A stretch of DNA of 64,000 nucleotides, taken from a bacterium UBP16_UBA6123. GTDB taxonomy: Bacteria > Muiribacteriota > UBA9980. Below are positions 37,578 through 46,630 of the stretch, piece after piece. Every line of letters starts with the position of its first letter. Position 1 is the first letter of the stretch. The notes below the pieces were generated by a model. The model worked only from the letters and a program-made list of their open reading frames with translations. It ran no database searches and was not told where the DNA came from. The stretch lies in assembly GCA_002423385.1 (NCBI GenBank), contig DIVV01000225.1, forward strand, positions 4,109 through 68,108, in the 5' to 3' direction. A program made the position numbers and the translations under genes.

Positions 37578-39089
37578 ATGAAAATACTCGAAGATATAGA
37601 TATATTCGTTAAATCGCGCTATCCACTTCTTTATTTAGTATCCTTCGAAGAGGAACGCGTAATTACAGCTCTTTCCAAACTCGCGCAGGCGTCAAAAAAA
37701 GAGTTGTTTATCTGGTCGGCTACTCAGGGCATTTATTCGATAACAAGAAACGCCGCTATCAAAGATACCACCAATCCAGTAAACGCGCTCGAGCAGATCA
37801 TCGAGTTCAAAGACCGCGCCTTTTTCGTATTGAAAGATTTTCATTACTATATGGAAGACCCTTTTCAGCAGTATCTTGAAAATCCTCTCCAGGTAAGGCG
37901 GAAACTGCGCGATACGCTTTTAGCCCTCAGAGGCTCTTTTAAAACTTTATTCATTTTATCATCGGTGCTTCACATTCCGCGCGAACTCGAAAAAGATATC
38001 GTAATAATGGATTTTCCTCTGCCTGATTATAAAGACATAAAAGAAATCCTGGAACGCACTCTTGCTAACGTTGAAAAGCATTATAACCTTAAATTCGATA
38101 TAGACGAAATCCTTAAGGAAAAGATGATAAAAGCGTGCCTCGGAATGACCGCCGGCGAAGTAGAGAACGTTTTCGCCAAAGCTATAGTCAACGACAGGCA
38201 GTTCGACGAAAAAGACCTGGGCTTAATTATTTCCGAAAAAAAGCAGATCATAAGAAAAGCCGGAATGCTTGAATATTTCGAAGTCCACGAAGACTTTTCG
38301 AACGTAGGCGGGTTGAACGGCCTTAAAACATGGCTCAAAAAACGCGCGGGCGCTTTTTCTGAAAAAGCCCGCCAATACGGCTTGCCTGAACCTAAAGGCC
38401 TCCTTTTACTGGGCGTTCAGGGCTGCGGAAAAAGTTTAGTTTCAAAATGTATAGCCTCGCTGTGGCGGCTGCCTTTATTAAGATTCGACGTCGGAAATAT
38501 TTTCGGAAAATATGTCGGCGAATCCGAAGAAAACCTCAGAAAAGCCCTCAGGGTGGCCGAAGCGCTATCTCCGACTATTTTATGGCTCGACGAAATTGAA
38601 AAAGCTTTCGCGGGAGCGGGCGGCGGCAGTTCGGGTGATTCCGGGCTTTCAACGCGCATATTCGGCTCGTTTATAACCTGGCTCCAGGAAAAAACGGCGC
38701 CGGTTTTCGTTATAGCCACGGCTAATTCCATCGAAAATCTGCCGCCCGAATTATTAAGAAAAGGCCGCTTCGACGAGATATTTTTCGTGGACCTGCCGAC
38801 CGAATCGGAACGCGCCGCCATATTCAATATACACATATCCAAACGCAAACGCGACCCGGCCGCCTATCATATAGGCGAGTTGGTAAGCCTCAGCGAAGGC
38901 TTTTCAGGCGCGGAAATCGAACAGGCTATAATTTCATCGATGTACGACGCTTTTTACGAAAACCGCGATATCCAGACTTCGGATATAGCTAAAGCCTTGC
39001 AGGAAACTGTTCCGCTCTCGCAAACCATGCGCGAAAAAATAGATTATCTAAGACAGTGGGCTAAACTGCGCGCGCGCCCGTCGTCTTAA
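37578..39089 (+). CDS. AAA+ ATPase, Ycf46-like (N-terminal domain + single AAA module)
   Basis: 503-aa ORF. The N-terminus (RYPLLYLVSFEEERV) resembles the cyanobacterial/plastid Ycf46 family. Walker A GVQGCGKS, Walker B ILWLDEIEKA, and RKGRFDEIFFVDLP. Confidence 0.88.
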   Translation: MKILEDIDIFVKSRYPLLYLVSFEEERVITALSKLAQASKKELFIWSATQGIYSITRNAAIKDTTNPVNALEQIIEFKDRAFFVLKDFHYYMEDPFQQYLENPLQVRRKLRDTLLALRGSFKTLFILSSVLHIPRELEKDIVIMDFPLPDYKDIKEILERTLANVEKHYNLKFDIDEILKEKMIKACLGMTAGEVENVFAKAIVNDRQFDEKDLGLIISEKKQIIRKAGMLEYFEVHEDFSNVGGLNGLKTWLKKRAGAFSEKARQYGLPEPKGLLLLGVQGCGKSLVSKCIASLWRLPLLRFDVGNIFGKYVGESEENLRKALRVAEALSPTILWLDEIEKAFAGAGGGSSGDSGLSTRIFGSFITWLQEKTAPVFVIATANSIENLPPELLRKGRFDEIFFVDLPTESERAAIFNIHISKRKRDPAAYHIGELVSLSEGFSGAEIEQAIISSMYDAFYENRDIQTSDIAKALQETVPLSQTMREKIDYLRQWAKLRARPSS

Positions 39090-39159
39090 AAAAATTACGG
39101 CAAACAAAGTATATCAATAAATACTAATATTACTATTAATTTAAATGGAGTGAAATAAA

Positions 39160-40197
39160 TTGAGTAATCCAGAAATCGACGCTAAAATCGAAGAAGGAAT
39201 TTCGTTTTACAATCAGAATAATATACCCAAAGCTATAATCACTCTGCGTGAAACGCTTAAAGATAGCCAGGGCGCAGATTTATCGGAAAAAGGACATTAT
39301 TACCTTTCATGCGCCTATGTGCAAAACGATAATTTAGACGAAGCGGCCGACGAGCTTCCAAAATGCGGGGGTTACGCGCCGGCTAAAGTTTTTGAATTAA
39401 TTAAAAACATATCGGCTAAAGCAGGCGTCGATTACAAAAAAATAATGAACGAGCTTCCGCAAAAAGACCTTTACACGGCTATAATCGAACAGGAAGAAGT
39501 TGAGCGAAGCAGGGCGGCAGCGGAAAATGCGGCCGAACGCGAAAAAAAAGCGCGGGAAGACATGTTAAAACTCGAAACAGAGGGCGATTACAGAGACCTC
39601 TTCGTTGAAACCATGCGGGCCGCTCCAACCAATTATTTTTTTCCTCTGCTGATGGGCCTGGTATCTATCCCCGCCTGGGGGCTCGGACTTCTTTTAGCCA
39701 GAAGGTTTCCAAAAGCCATTGTTCGTTTCGCCATTCAGTACGCTTTTTACTTTATGTATATAAACAGGGGAGCTATAAATCAATGGACGGTCACAAATAT
39801 TAATCTTTCACAAATTTTCGGATATACGCCATTTGTAAACAGCCTTAATACATATGTTTTTCCCGCGATGCAATTAGTTTTCGCTCTCGCTACCATTTTA
39901 ATTTCCTTACAATCTTTCGTTTACGCTTATTTTGAATGGTATAAAATGTTTTTAGTAGGAAATATAGTAGAAGTTAGAAATACCAGCGATATCTACATCA
40001 ATATAGGTTTTGATCACCACGCGAACACAGGCGACGTTTTTAACGTTTATTCGCGAGGAAAAAAACCGTTGCTTAAAGGACACGCGACCGTTTTAAAACA
40101 TGAAGACGCCTCTTCTTTAATAGAATTCCGTCCTAATACCGAACTCCACGAAATCCATCCTCCTAAAATTGGCGATTACGTCAATTATAAGTGGTAA
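39160..40197 (+). CDS. hypothetical membrane protein (TPR-like N-terminus, coiled-coil, about 4 TM segments, C-terminal beta domain)
   Basis: 345-aa ORF with a TTG start and RBS GGAGTG. Shows EEVERSRAAAENAAEREKKAREDM, then hydrophobic segments, then ..GDVFNVY....IGDYVNYKW. Confidence 0.6.
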   Translation: MSNPEIDAKIEEGISFYNQNNIPKAIITLRETLKDSQGADLSEKGHYYLSCAYVQNDNLDEAADELPKCGGYAPAKVFELIKNISAKAGVDYKKIMNELPQKDLYTAIIEQEEVERSRAAAENAAEREKKAREDMLKLETEGDYRDLFVETMRAAPTNYFFPLLMGLVSIPAWGLGLLLARRFPKAIVRFAIQYAFYFMYINRGAINQWTVTNINLSQIFGYTPFVNSLNTYVFPAMQLVFALATILISLQSFVYAYFEWYKMFLVGNIVEVRNTSDIYINIGFDHHANTGDVFNVYSRGKKPLLKGHATVLKHEDASSLIEFRPNTELHEIHPPKIGDYVNYKW

Positions 40198-40287
40198 ATA
40201 ATAGTTTATGAGTAGAAAGTTTAGTAAGTTTATTAATTAAGCCTATATATGACGCTGGTATTTTATAAAAGTCAGGAATGATAATTT

Positions 40288-41220
40288 ATGAATTTAATTT
40301 CAAGATGGTTCACTTTCGTTAAAGAACGCTTCGAGCCTTTAAGCCATACAATTATGATATTCGCCTTCGCCTCGGCGAATGCCGCCATGGCTTATGCCGT
40401 AAGCCCTTTTTCTATAAGCGCGCGCCCGCTTTATTTATTCGGCGGCTTTATGCTCGTATGGCTCGTTTTTTTTCACATGCGCCTTTTCGACGATATAAAA
40501 GACTACGAAACCGACAGGCTGGTCAATAAAGAACGCCCTCTTCCACGCGGCGTTTTAACCATCAATGAATTCGGAGCGGGTATTTTAATATGCGTGATAG
40601 CCGAGATCGCCCTTTCAGCGGCTCTCGGGTTTAAAATTTTTTCCACCTACGCGCTCGTTTTAGCTTTTACTTTAATAATGCGCCAGGAATTTTTCATAGG
40701 CGATTGGATGCGGCCTAAAATGGAATTATACGCCGCCACTCATACTTTTTCAGCTTCGATGCTCGGGCTTTTAATATATTCGATATTAAATAACGCCGAT
40801 ATTACGGCGATCCCGACGGCCTACCTGTGCGTGGCGCTCGGCAACTGGTTCGTATTCAACGTTTTTGAATTCGGCCGAAAAACTTTTTCTATAAAAGAAG
40901 AACGGGACGGAGTAGATTCTTACTCGCTCAGGCTTTCGCCGTTCGGCGCCTTCGCGCTGCTATCGGTAAATATATTTTTCGCTTTTTTGATGCTTTATCT
41001 TTCAGCAGGTAAAATAAATCAGGCGGCCGGCGATAAAATAATAAATTTTTTGCCCATGTTATTAAGCGCCGCGCTTATATCCTTCACGGTTATTTGCGCC
41101 GGAATGGTTTACAGCCGCAAGCCTTCGGATTTTAACGCCAAATTCTACAGGGGCGCCGTTTCATTTTATTTAGTGGCCTATCATCTGGCTATAACGATAT
41201 GCGGACTTATTTTTTTTTAA
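40288..41220 (+). CDS. UbiA-family intramembrane prenyltransferase
   Basis: 310-aa polytopic ORF. First Asp-rich motif FDDIKDYETDRLVNKERPLPRG, with a second acidic motif ERDGVDSYS. Confidence 0.72.
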   Translation: MNLISRWFTFVKERFEPLSHTIMIFAFASANAAMAYAVSPFSISARPLYLFGGFMLVWLVFFHMRLFDDIKDYETDRLVNKERPLPRGVLTINEFGAGILICVIAEIALSAALGFKIFSTYALVLAFTLIMRQEFFIGDWMRPKMELYAATHTFSASMLGLLIYSILNNADITAIPTAYLCVALGNWFVFNVFEFGRKTFSIKEERDGVDSYSLRLSPFGAFALLSVNIFFAFLMLYLSAGKINQAAGDKIINFLPMLLSAALISFTVICAGMVYSRKPSDFNAKFYRGAVSFYLVAYHLAITICGLIFF

Positions 41221-41376
41221 TTTGATTCACGATTAAATAAATTTATATTAAAATCGCTTAAATTATGTTAAAATATAACTTATTTATCATGTTTAATCAT
41301 CCTCACATTTGACAAAATTAAATAAAATTTCAAATAGCAGCTAATATTAAATAATAAATATATACGGAGGCCGGCT

Positions 41377-44163
41377 TTGAACAATATAGTCACTTTTAAA
41401 AACCCGAAATGGGCCAATGATGTAAACGCCGTCGGCGGCAAGGCTATGAATCTTTTTAAACTCGCGGCGTCAGGTTGCGGAGTTCCTCCTTTTATAGCGC
41501 TTTCCACGGCGTGTTTCAACGGTTTTATCAAATCGATGGAAACCGAATTCAATAAAGCGCTCGATAATCTAAGAACCGAAACGCCGGCTGCTATAGCTAA
41601 AAGCGCATCAGAAGTGCGCTCGCTTTTTAAAGCGGATAATATAAATAAAACGCTGGCGGCCGAAATAATAAAAGCGGTAAGAGAAAATATCGGAGTCAAC
41701 TGTTATTTATCCGTCAGATCGAGCGCCACCACCGAAGATTCTAAAGACTTTTCATACGCCGGACAGCTCGACAGTTTTTTATTCAGAAAAACAGACTCCG
41801 AAATTATAGAAGCGATCGCTGCATGCTGGGCTTCAGGATATTCCGACCGCGCCGTGGCGTACCGCGATATGAAAAAAATATCCCAGCGCGACGTTAAAGT
41901 GGCCGTGGTCATACAAAAAATGGTGAACGGCTCGGTATCGGGCGTCGCCTTTACGGTAAATCCGATAACTCAGGTCCATGACGAAATGCTTATAAGCGCG
42001 GCTTACGGCCTCGGTGAAGGTTTAGTATCGGGCGAACTCGACTCCGACCAGTATATATGCAAAAAATCTGATATTATTACTATCGATAGAAAAGAAATAG
42101 TTTCAAAAAAAGAAAAAGTGGTATTTGACTCTGAAAAAGGCTATGGCACAAAAAAAGAAACAGTCGGAACGGAATTTTGCGAAACACAGTGCTTGAGCGA
42201 TCAGCAGGTTTTAGCCATAGCCGCCATCTGCCGCAAAATAGAAAACGCTAATAATGGAGTGCCGCAGGATATCGAATGGAGCGTCGATATCGACAATCCG
42301 CGTAAAATTTATATATTGCAAACGCGTCCGATAACCACGCTCACCAAATTATCGCCTTCTAAAAACGAATATAAAACTATATGGGATAATTCTAATATAG
42401 TAGAAAGCTATTCAGGCATAACCTCGCCCCTCACTTTTTCCTTCGCGTTGAACGCATATCACATGGTTTACGTTCAATTCTGCGAGGTATTGAAAGTGCC
42501 GCGCGAAAAAATCATAAACAACGATTTTTACTTCGCTAATATGCTGGGTTTATTGAACGGCAGAGTTTATTACAATATCAAAAACTGGTGCCGACTCATA
42601 TCGGTTCTGCCGGGCTATCATTATAACAGGCGGTTTATGGAACAGATGATGGGCGTTAAATCAAAGATCGATTTCACGCCGGATACCGAAACCAAAGGCG
42701 GTTTCTTCCATAAATACTTCGTCGAGCTGCCGCGTCTTTTATGGTCGGGCGCCAACCTCGCCTGGCAGTTTTTTACAATCGAAGATAAAGTCGATAAATT
42801 TATGAAAATATATCAGGATATGTTCGATAAATACCAGAAATATAAGTTCAACTCGGCCGAGGCGCACGATCTGGTGGGAGTATATTACGAACTTGAAAAC
42901 GGCGTTTTAAGAAACTGGAAAGCGCCTATAGTAAATGATTTTATGGCCATGATATTCTACGGTATTCTGCGGATGTTAATCGATAAATGGGGCCTTAATC
43001 AGGACGGAAGCTCGCTTCAAAACGAGCTGGTAGCCGGGCAGGGCGACGTGGAAAGCACGCTGCCTCTTAAAAAACTTCAGCAGATAGCGCGTTTCATTAA
43101 AACTGACGAAGCGCTCATCGATATATTCAAAAATTCTAATGAAGATAAGCTGACCGATCTTTTCTTTTACGCGCCGAGCGCCGATTACAGCGAAAATTAT
43201 AAAAAACTTTGCGATATGATATCGCTATATCTCGAAGAGTTCGGCTACCGCTCGATGAACGAACTTAAACTCGAAGTTCCGCCTTTAATGGATAAACCGC
43301 AGTTCGTATTCAGCATACTTAAAAATTATACGGCCTGCACTCTGCCTGAAAACGAAGGCGCTTCGAGCCACGAAAAAGAGCTTCGCGAAAAAGCGGAACG
43401 GCAGGTCGCTGAAAAATTATCCGGCAAACGCTTCTTCGGCGTTATAAGCAAACTCGCCGTTTTTAATTTTATCGTCAATAACACTAAAAGGGCCGTCGCG
43501 TTCCGTGAATACCAGCGCTTCGCGCGCACGAAAATGTTCGGACTCGCCCGCCGTATATTTGTCGGAATAGGCCACAGACTGGTTGATTTTAAAGTAATCG
43601 ACCACGCCGACGACGTTTTTTATTTAACTAAAGATGAAATATTTTCTTACGTCGCCGGAACCGCCACCATTCAAAATTTAAGAGAACTTATCAATCTGCG
43701 CAAAAAAGAATACGCCGAATATGAAAAAGGCGAAGACCTGCCCGACAGAATCGAAACTTTCGGCCCGGTTTACTGCAACGATCTGAATATCGAAGCGCCG
43801 TCGGATGCGCCGATCGAAGAAAATACCGATCCCGACCTTATGAAAGGTTTAAGCTGCTGCCCCGGCATCGTACGCGGGAAAGTAAAGGTAATATTGAATC
43901 CCTCCGACGATATGTCGCTTAACGGCGAAATTCTCGTGGCCGGCCGCACCGATCCGGGCTGGGTGCCGCTTTATCCTTCGGCTTCAGGCCTTTTAATCGA
44001 ACGCGGAAGCATTCTTTCACATTCGGCGATAGTCGCGCGCGAACTCGGCCTGCCTGCGATAGTCGGCATTAGTAATATAACTAAAAAACTTAAAACCGGC
44101 GACGAAATCGAAATGGACGGCGCGAAGGGAACTATCAGAATATTAAGAAATGTCAGTGAATAA
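41377..44163 (+). CDS. PEP-utilising-enzyme-family phosphotransferase (N-terminal PPDK_N ATP-grasp + C-terminal phosphohistidine swivel domain; no PEP/pyruvate TIM barrel)
   Basis: 928-aa ORF with a TTG start and RBS GGAGG. Motifs VGGKAMNL, VRSSATTEDSKDFSYAGQLDS and a C-terminal GSILSHSAIVARELGLPAIVG. Confidence 0.88.
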   Translation: MNNIVTFKNPKWANDVNAVGGKAMNLFKLAASGCGVPPFIALSTACFNGFIKSMETEFNKALDNLRTETPAAIAKSASEVRSLFKADNINKTLAAEIIKAVRENIGVNCYLSVRSSATTEDSKDFSYAGQLDSFLFRKTDSEIIEAIAACWASGYSDRAVAYRDMKKISQRDVKVAVVIQKMVNGSVSGVAFTVNPITQVHDEMLISAAYGLGEGLVSGELDSDQYICKKSDIITIDRKEIVSKKEKVVFDSEKGYGTKKETVGTEFCETQCLSDQQVLAIAAICRKIENANNGVPQDIEWSVDIDNPRKIYILQTRPITTLTKLSPSKNEYKTIWDNSNIVESYSGITSPLTFSFALNAYHMVYVQFCEVLKVPREKIINNDFYFANMLGLLNGRVYYNIKNWCRLISVLPGYHYNRRFMEQMMGVKSKIDFTPDTETKGGFFHKYFVELPRLLWSGANLAWQFFTIEDKVDKFMKIYQDMFDKYQKYKFNSAEAHDLVGVYYELENGVLRNWKAPIVNDFMAMIFYGILRMLIDKWGLNQDGSSLQNELVAGQGDVESTLPLKKLQQIARFIKTDEALIDIFKNSNEDKLTDLFFYAPSADYSENYKKLCDMISLYLEEFGYRSMNELKLEVPPLMDKPQFVFSILKNYTACTLPENEGASSHEKELREKAERQVAEKLSGKRFFGVISKLAVFNFIVNNTKRAVAFREYQRFARTKMFGLARRIFVGIGHRLVDFKVIDHADDVFYLTKDEIFSYVAGTATIQNLRELINLRKKEYAEYEKGEDLPDRIETFGPVYCNDLNIEAPSDAPIEENTDPDLMKGLSCCPGIVRGKVKVILNPSDDMSLNGEILVAGRTDPGWVPLYPSASGLLIERGSILSHSAIVARELGLPAIVGISNITKKLKTGDEIEMDGAKGTIRILRNVSE

Positions 44164-44172
44164 AGAGGTCTT

Positions 44173-46614
44173 ATGTTAAATAACGATAATAACGAATTAA
44201 AAAATGAAAACCAAAAACATAACGGCGGCGGTAATAATAACGACGGTAACAACGTTAATCACGGCCCCGCCGTTAAAAAAGCCGGATTCGATTTAGTTCA
44301 CAGTTTCGCGGTTTTTCTTGTAAGATACAGGGCCGTTTTATTTTATTCATTCATAGCCGTAGCGCTCGCGGGAACCGTATTTATCAAAAATATAAAAATC
44401 GATAACAGTATCGAACTGTGGTTTCTGGATAACGATGTTACGCTTCAGGCTTATAACGAATTTAAAGACATATACGGAAATGACGAAGTAATAATAGCTA
44501 TGGCGGATTCCGGCGGCGACGATAAAATATTCGAACCCGGTTTTTTAAGCAAATTAAGGTCGTTTTCGCTCGAAGTGGAAGAAAACACCGACGTAAGAAG
44601 AGTTCTCGGCATAGGCTCAGCGCCTTACATCGGCCTTCAGGGCGAGCAGGATATGATCGTGGAGGACCTTTATGAAACGACTGACGAAAATGCCATAAAC
44701 GCGGTTGAAGTAAAAAAAAGGTTCGGCGAAAACAAGCTGTGGCCGAAATTATTAGCCGATAAAAATTTAAGACAGGCCGTTTTAATAATAGAACCCGTGG
44801 CCTCTAAAGAAATGGACACTAAACGGCCTGAAATGATAGCGTTCGTAAAAGAAAAGCTGGATAAATATAAATTCAGCTATAAAATAGCCGGCATGGGCGT
44901 AATGTACGACGAACTCAACCGGCTCAGCCTCCACGACAGCGGAATTTTCACTTCGCTTTCATATATCATCCTTTTAATAACCCTTTATTTTTTATTCCGC
45001 TCGAGGCATCTTGTGGCAATAACCTTCGTCGTAATGGTGCTTTCGGGACTCGCGTTTTTAAACGTATACGGCTTTTTCCACCAGAATTTTAATATGGTGA
45101 CTATAGTTCTGCCCACGCTTATTATGATATTATGCATAGCCGACGTCAATCACATATTCAACAGGTACTGCATGCATTTAAAAGATATAACCGACGACAA
45201 AGAAAAAGGCCTCGTCATGGTAATTAAAGATATACTCGCCCCGAGCCTTTTTACTTCATTAACCGAATGCATAGGCTTCGCTTCTATTATTTTAACGCCC
45301 ATAGCCGTTTTAAGGACCTTCGGCGCATTCGCCGCATATTCGGCTATGGCTGAGTATGTCATCGTGTGGGCCAGCGTCCCTTATATGCTCGGTTTAATTA
45401 AACCGACTACCACTATAAAACTCGAAAGGCCTTTCGAAAAACTCAACAAAAGAATTCTCGATTTTGTAATACCGTACCGTAAACCGGTTTTTTTCGCTTT
45501 CATGGCGGTTATCGCCATAAGTTTCTACGGAGTTAAATTTCTCGACGTCGATACCTATTCAATGGGTTTTTTGCAACCGTCTAATTCCGTGAGAATGGAC
45601 AGCGATTTCATAGAAAACACTTACGGCAATTATCTTCCGCTCGAAATCAGATTTAAAACTAAACACGAAGACGCAATACTCGAACCCGATTTTTTAAACA
45701 GGCTTCTTAATTCTCAAAAAGAGATAGAAACTCTTCCCGAAACTTCCAAATGCGCTTCTATAACCGACGTTTTAATGCGCTTAAACCAGATATGGACCGA
45801 CGGAAAAGAAGAATCATACCGCATATCCGATAATAAACTCCAGATAAAACAACTTATGATGTTATATGAAAGCGATCCTGATAACGATCTGGTTTATATG
45901 GTCGATAAAAAATTCAGCGAAGCCAGGCTCACGATCAGAATACCCATGGTAAGCGCGGCTAATATGAAAAAAATAGAAGATAAAGTGAGCGCCATTCTTT
46001 CTAAAAATTTTGAAAATACAACAACCGAAATACAGTTCGGCGGTTATGTTCCTTTATACGTGAGGCTTTTAGAATATATAACATGGAGCCAGGCCGTAAG
46101 TTTCGGTACGGCGTTAGTTTATATTTTCATCGTAATCGGCCTTTTATTCATGCGATTTTCAGCTTTATTATGGGGACTCGGGCCTAACGTGGTGCCGGTT
46201 ATAATGACGCTCGGCTTTATGGGCATATTCGATATCCGTTTAGATATAGCCACCGTCACCATCGCCTCCATAACGCTCGGTATAGCCGTAGATGACACTA
46301 TACATGAGCTATTTCATTACTATATATATCTCGGGCGCGGGCTTAAACCGATCGAAGCCATTAAAGAATGTCTTTCCGACGAGGGACCCGCGGTAATAGT
46401 AACCTCGCTTATTTTATGCCTGGGCTTTTCAGTGCTGGGCTTGGCTAGCATCAAATCGGTTATGTATTTCGGCCTGCTGATAGCGCTTACCATGATTTTC
46501 GCGTTTTTAGGCGAATTATTCCTGCTGCCTTCAATGATAGGTTATTTATCCGACACTTTCAGAATTGATAGAAAACTGCCTGAAATTAAAATAACTATAG
46601 AAGATAAAGACTAA
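44173..46614 (+). CDS. MMPL / COG1033-type RND superfamily exporter (HpnN-like lipid exporter class)
   Basis: 813-aa ORF with an Asn-rich N-terminus, then two bundles of about 6 TM segments each preceded by a large loop. VDDTIH-type block near TM10. Confidence 0.82.
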   Translation: MLNNDNNELKNENQKHNGGGNNNDGNNVNHGPAVKKAGFDLVHSFAVFLVRYRAVLFYSFIAVALAGTVFIKNIKIDNSIELWFLDNDVTLQAYNEFKDIYGNDEVIIAMADSGGDDKIFEPGFLSKLRSFSLEVEENTDVRRVLGIGSAPYIGLQGEQDMIVEDLYETTDENAINAVEVKKRFGENKLWPKLLADKNLRQAVLIIEPVASKEMDTKRPEMIAFVKEKLDKYKFSYKIAGMGVMYDELNRLSLHDSGIFTSLSYIILLITLYFLFRSRHLVAITFVVMVLSGLAFLNVYGFFHQNFNMVTIVLPTLIMILCIADVNHIFNRYCMHLKDITDDKEKGLVMVIKDILAPSLFTSLTECIGFASIILTPIAVLRTFGAFAAYSAMAEYVIVWASVPYMLGLIKPTTTIKLERPFEKLNKRILDFVIPYRKPVFFAFMAVIAISFYGVKFLDVDTYSMGFLQPSNSVRMDSDFIENTYGNYLPLEIRFKTKHEDAILEPDFLNRLLNSQKEIETLPETSKCASITDVLMRLNQIWTDGKEESYRISDNKLQIKQLMMLYESDPDNDLVYMVDKKFSEARLTIRIPMVSAANMKKIEDKVSAILSKNFENTTTEIQFGGYVPLYVRLLEYITWSQAVSFGTALVYIFIVIGLLFMRFSALLWGLGPNVVPVIMTLGFMGIFDIRLDIATVTIASITLGIAVDDTIHELFHYYIYLGRGLKPIEAIKECLSDEGPAVIVTSLILCLGFSVLGLASIKSVMYFGLLIALTMIFAFLGELFLLPSMIGYLSDTFRIDRKLPEIKITIEDKD

Positions 46615-46630
46615 AAGGAGAAGTGATTTT

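Noticed and set aside
41280-41699. 139-aa minus-strand ORF overlapping the start of the PEP-utilising enzyme gene
   Set aside because: It lies antisense to a frame with strong PPDK_N motifs, and it has no RBS or recognisable domain.
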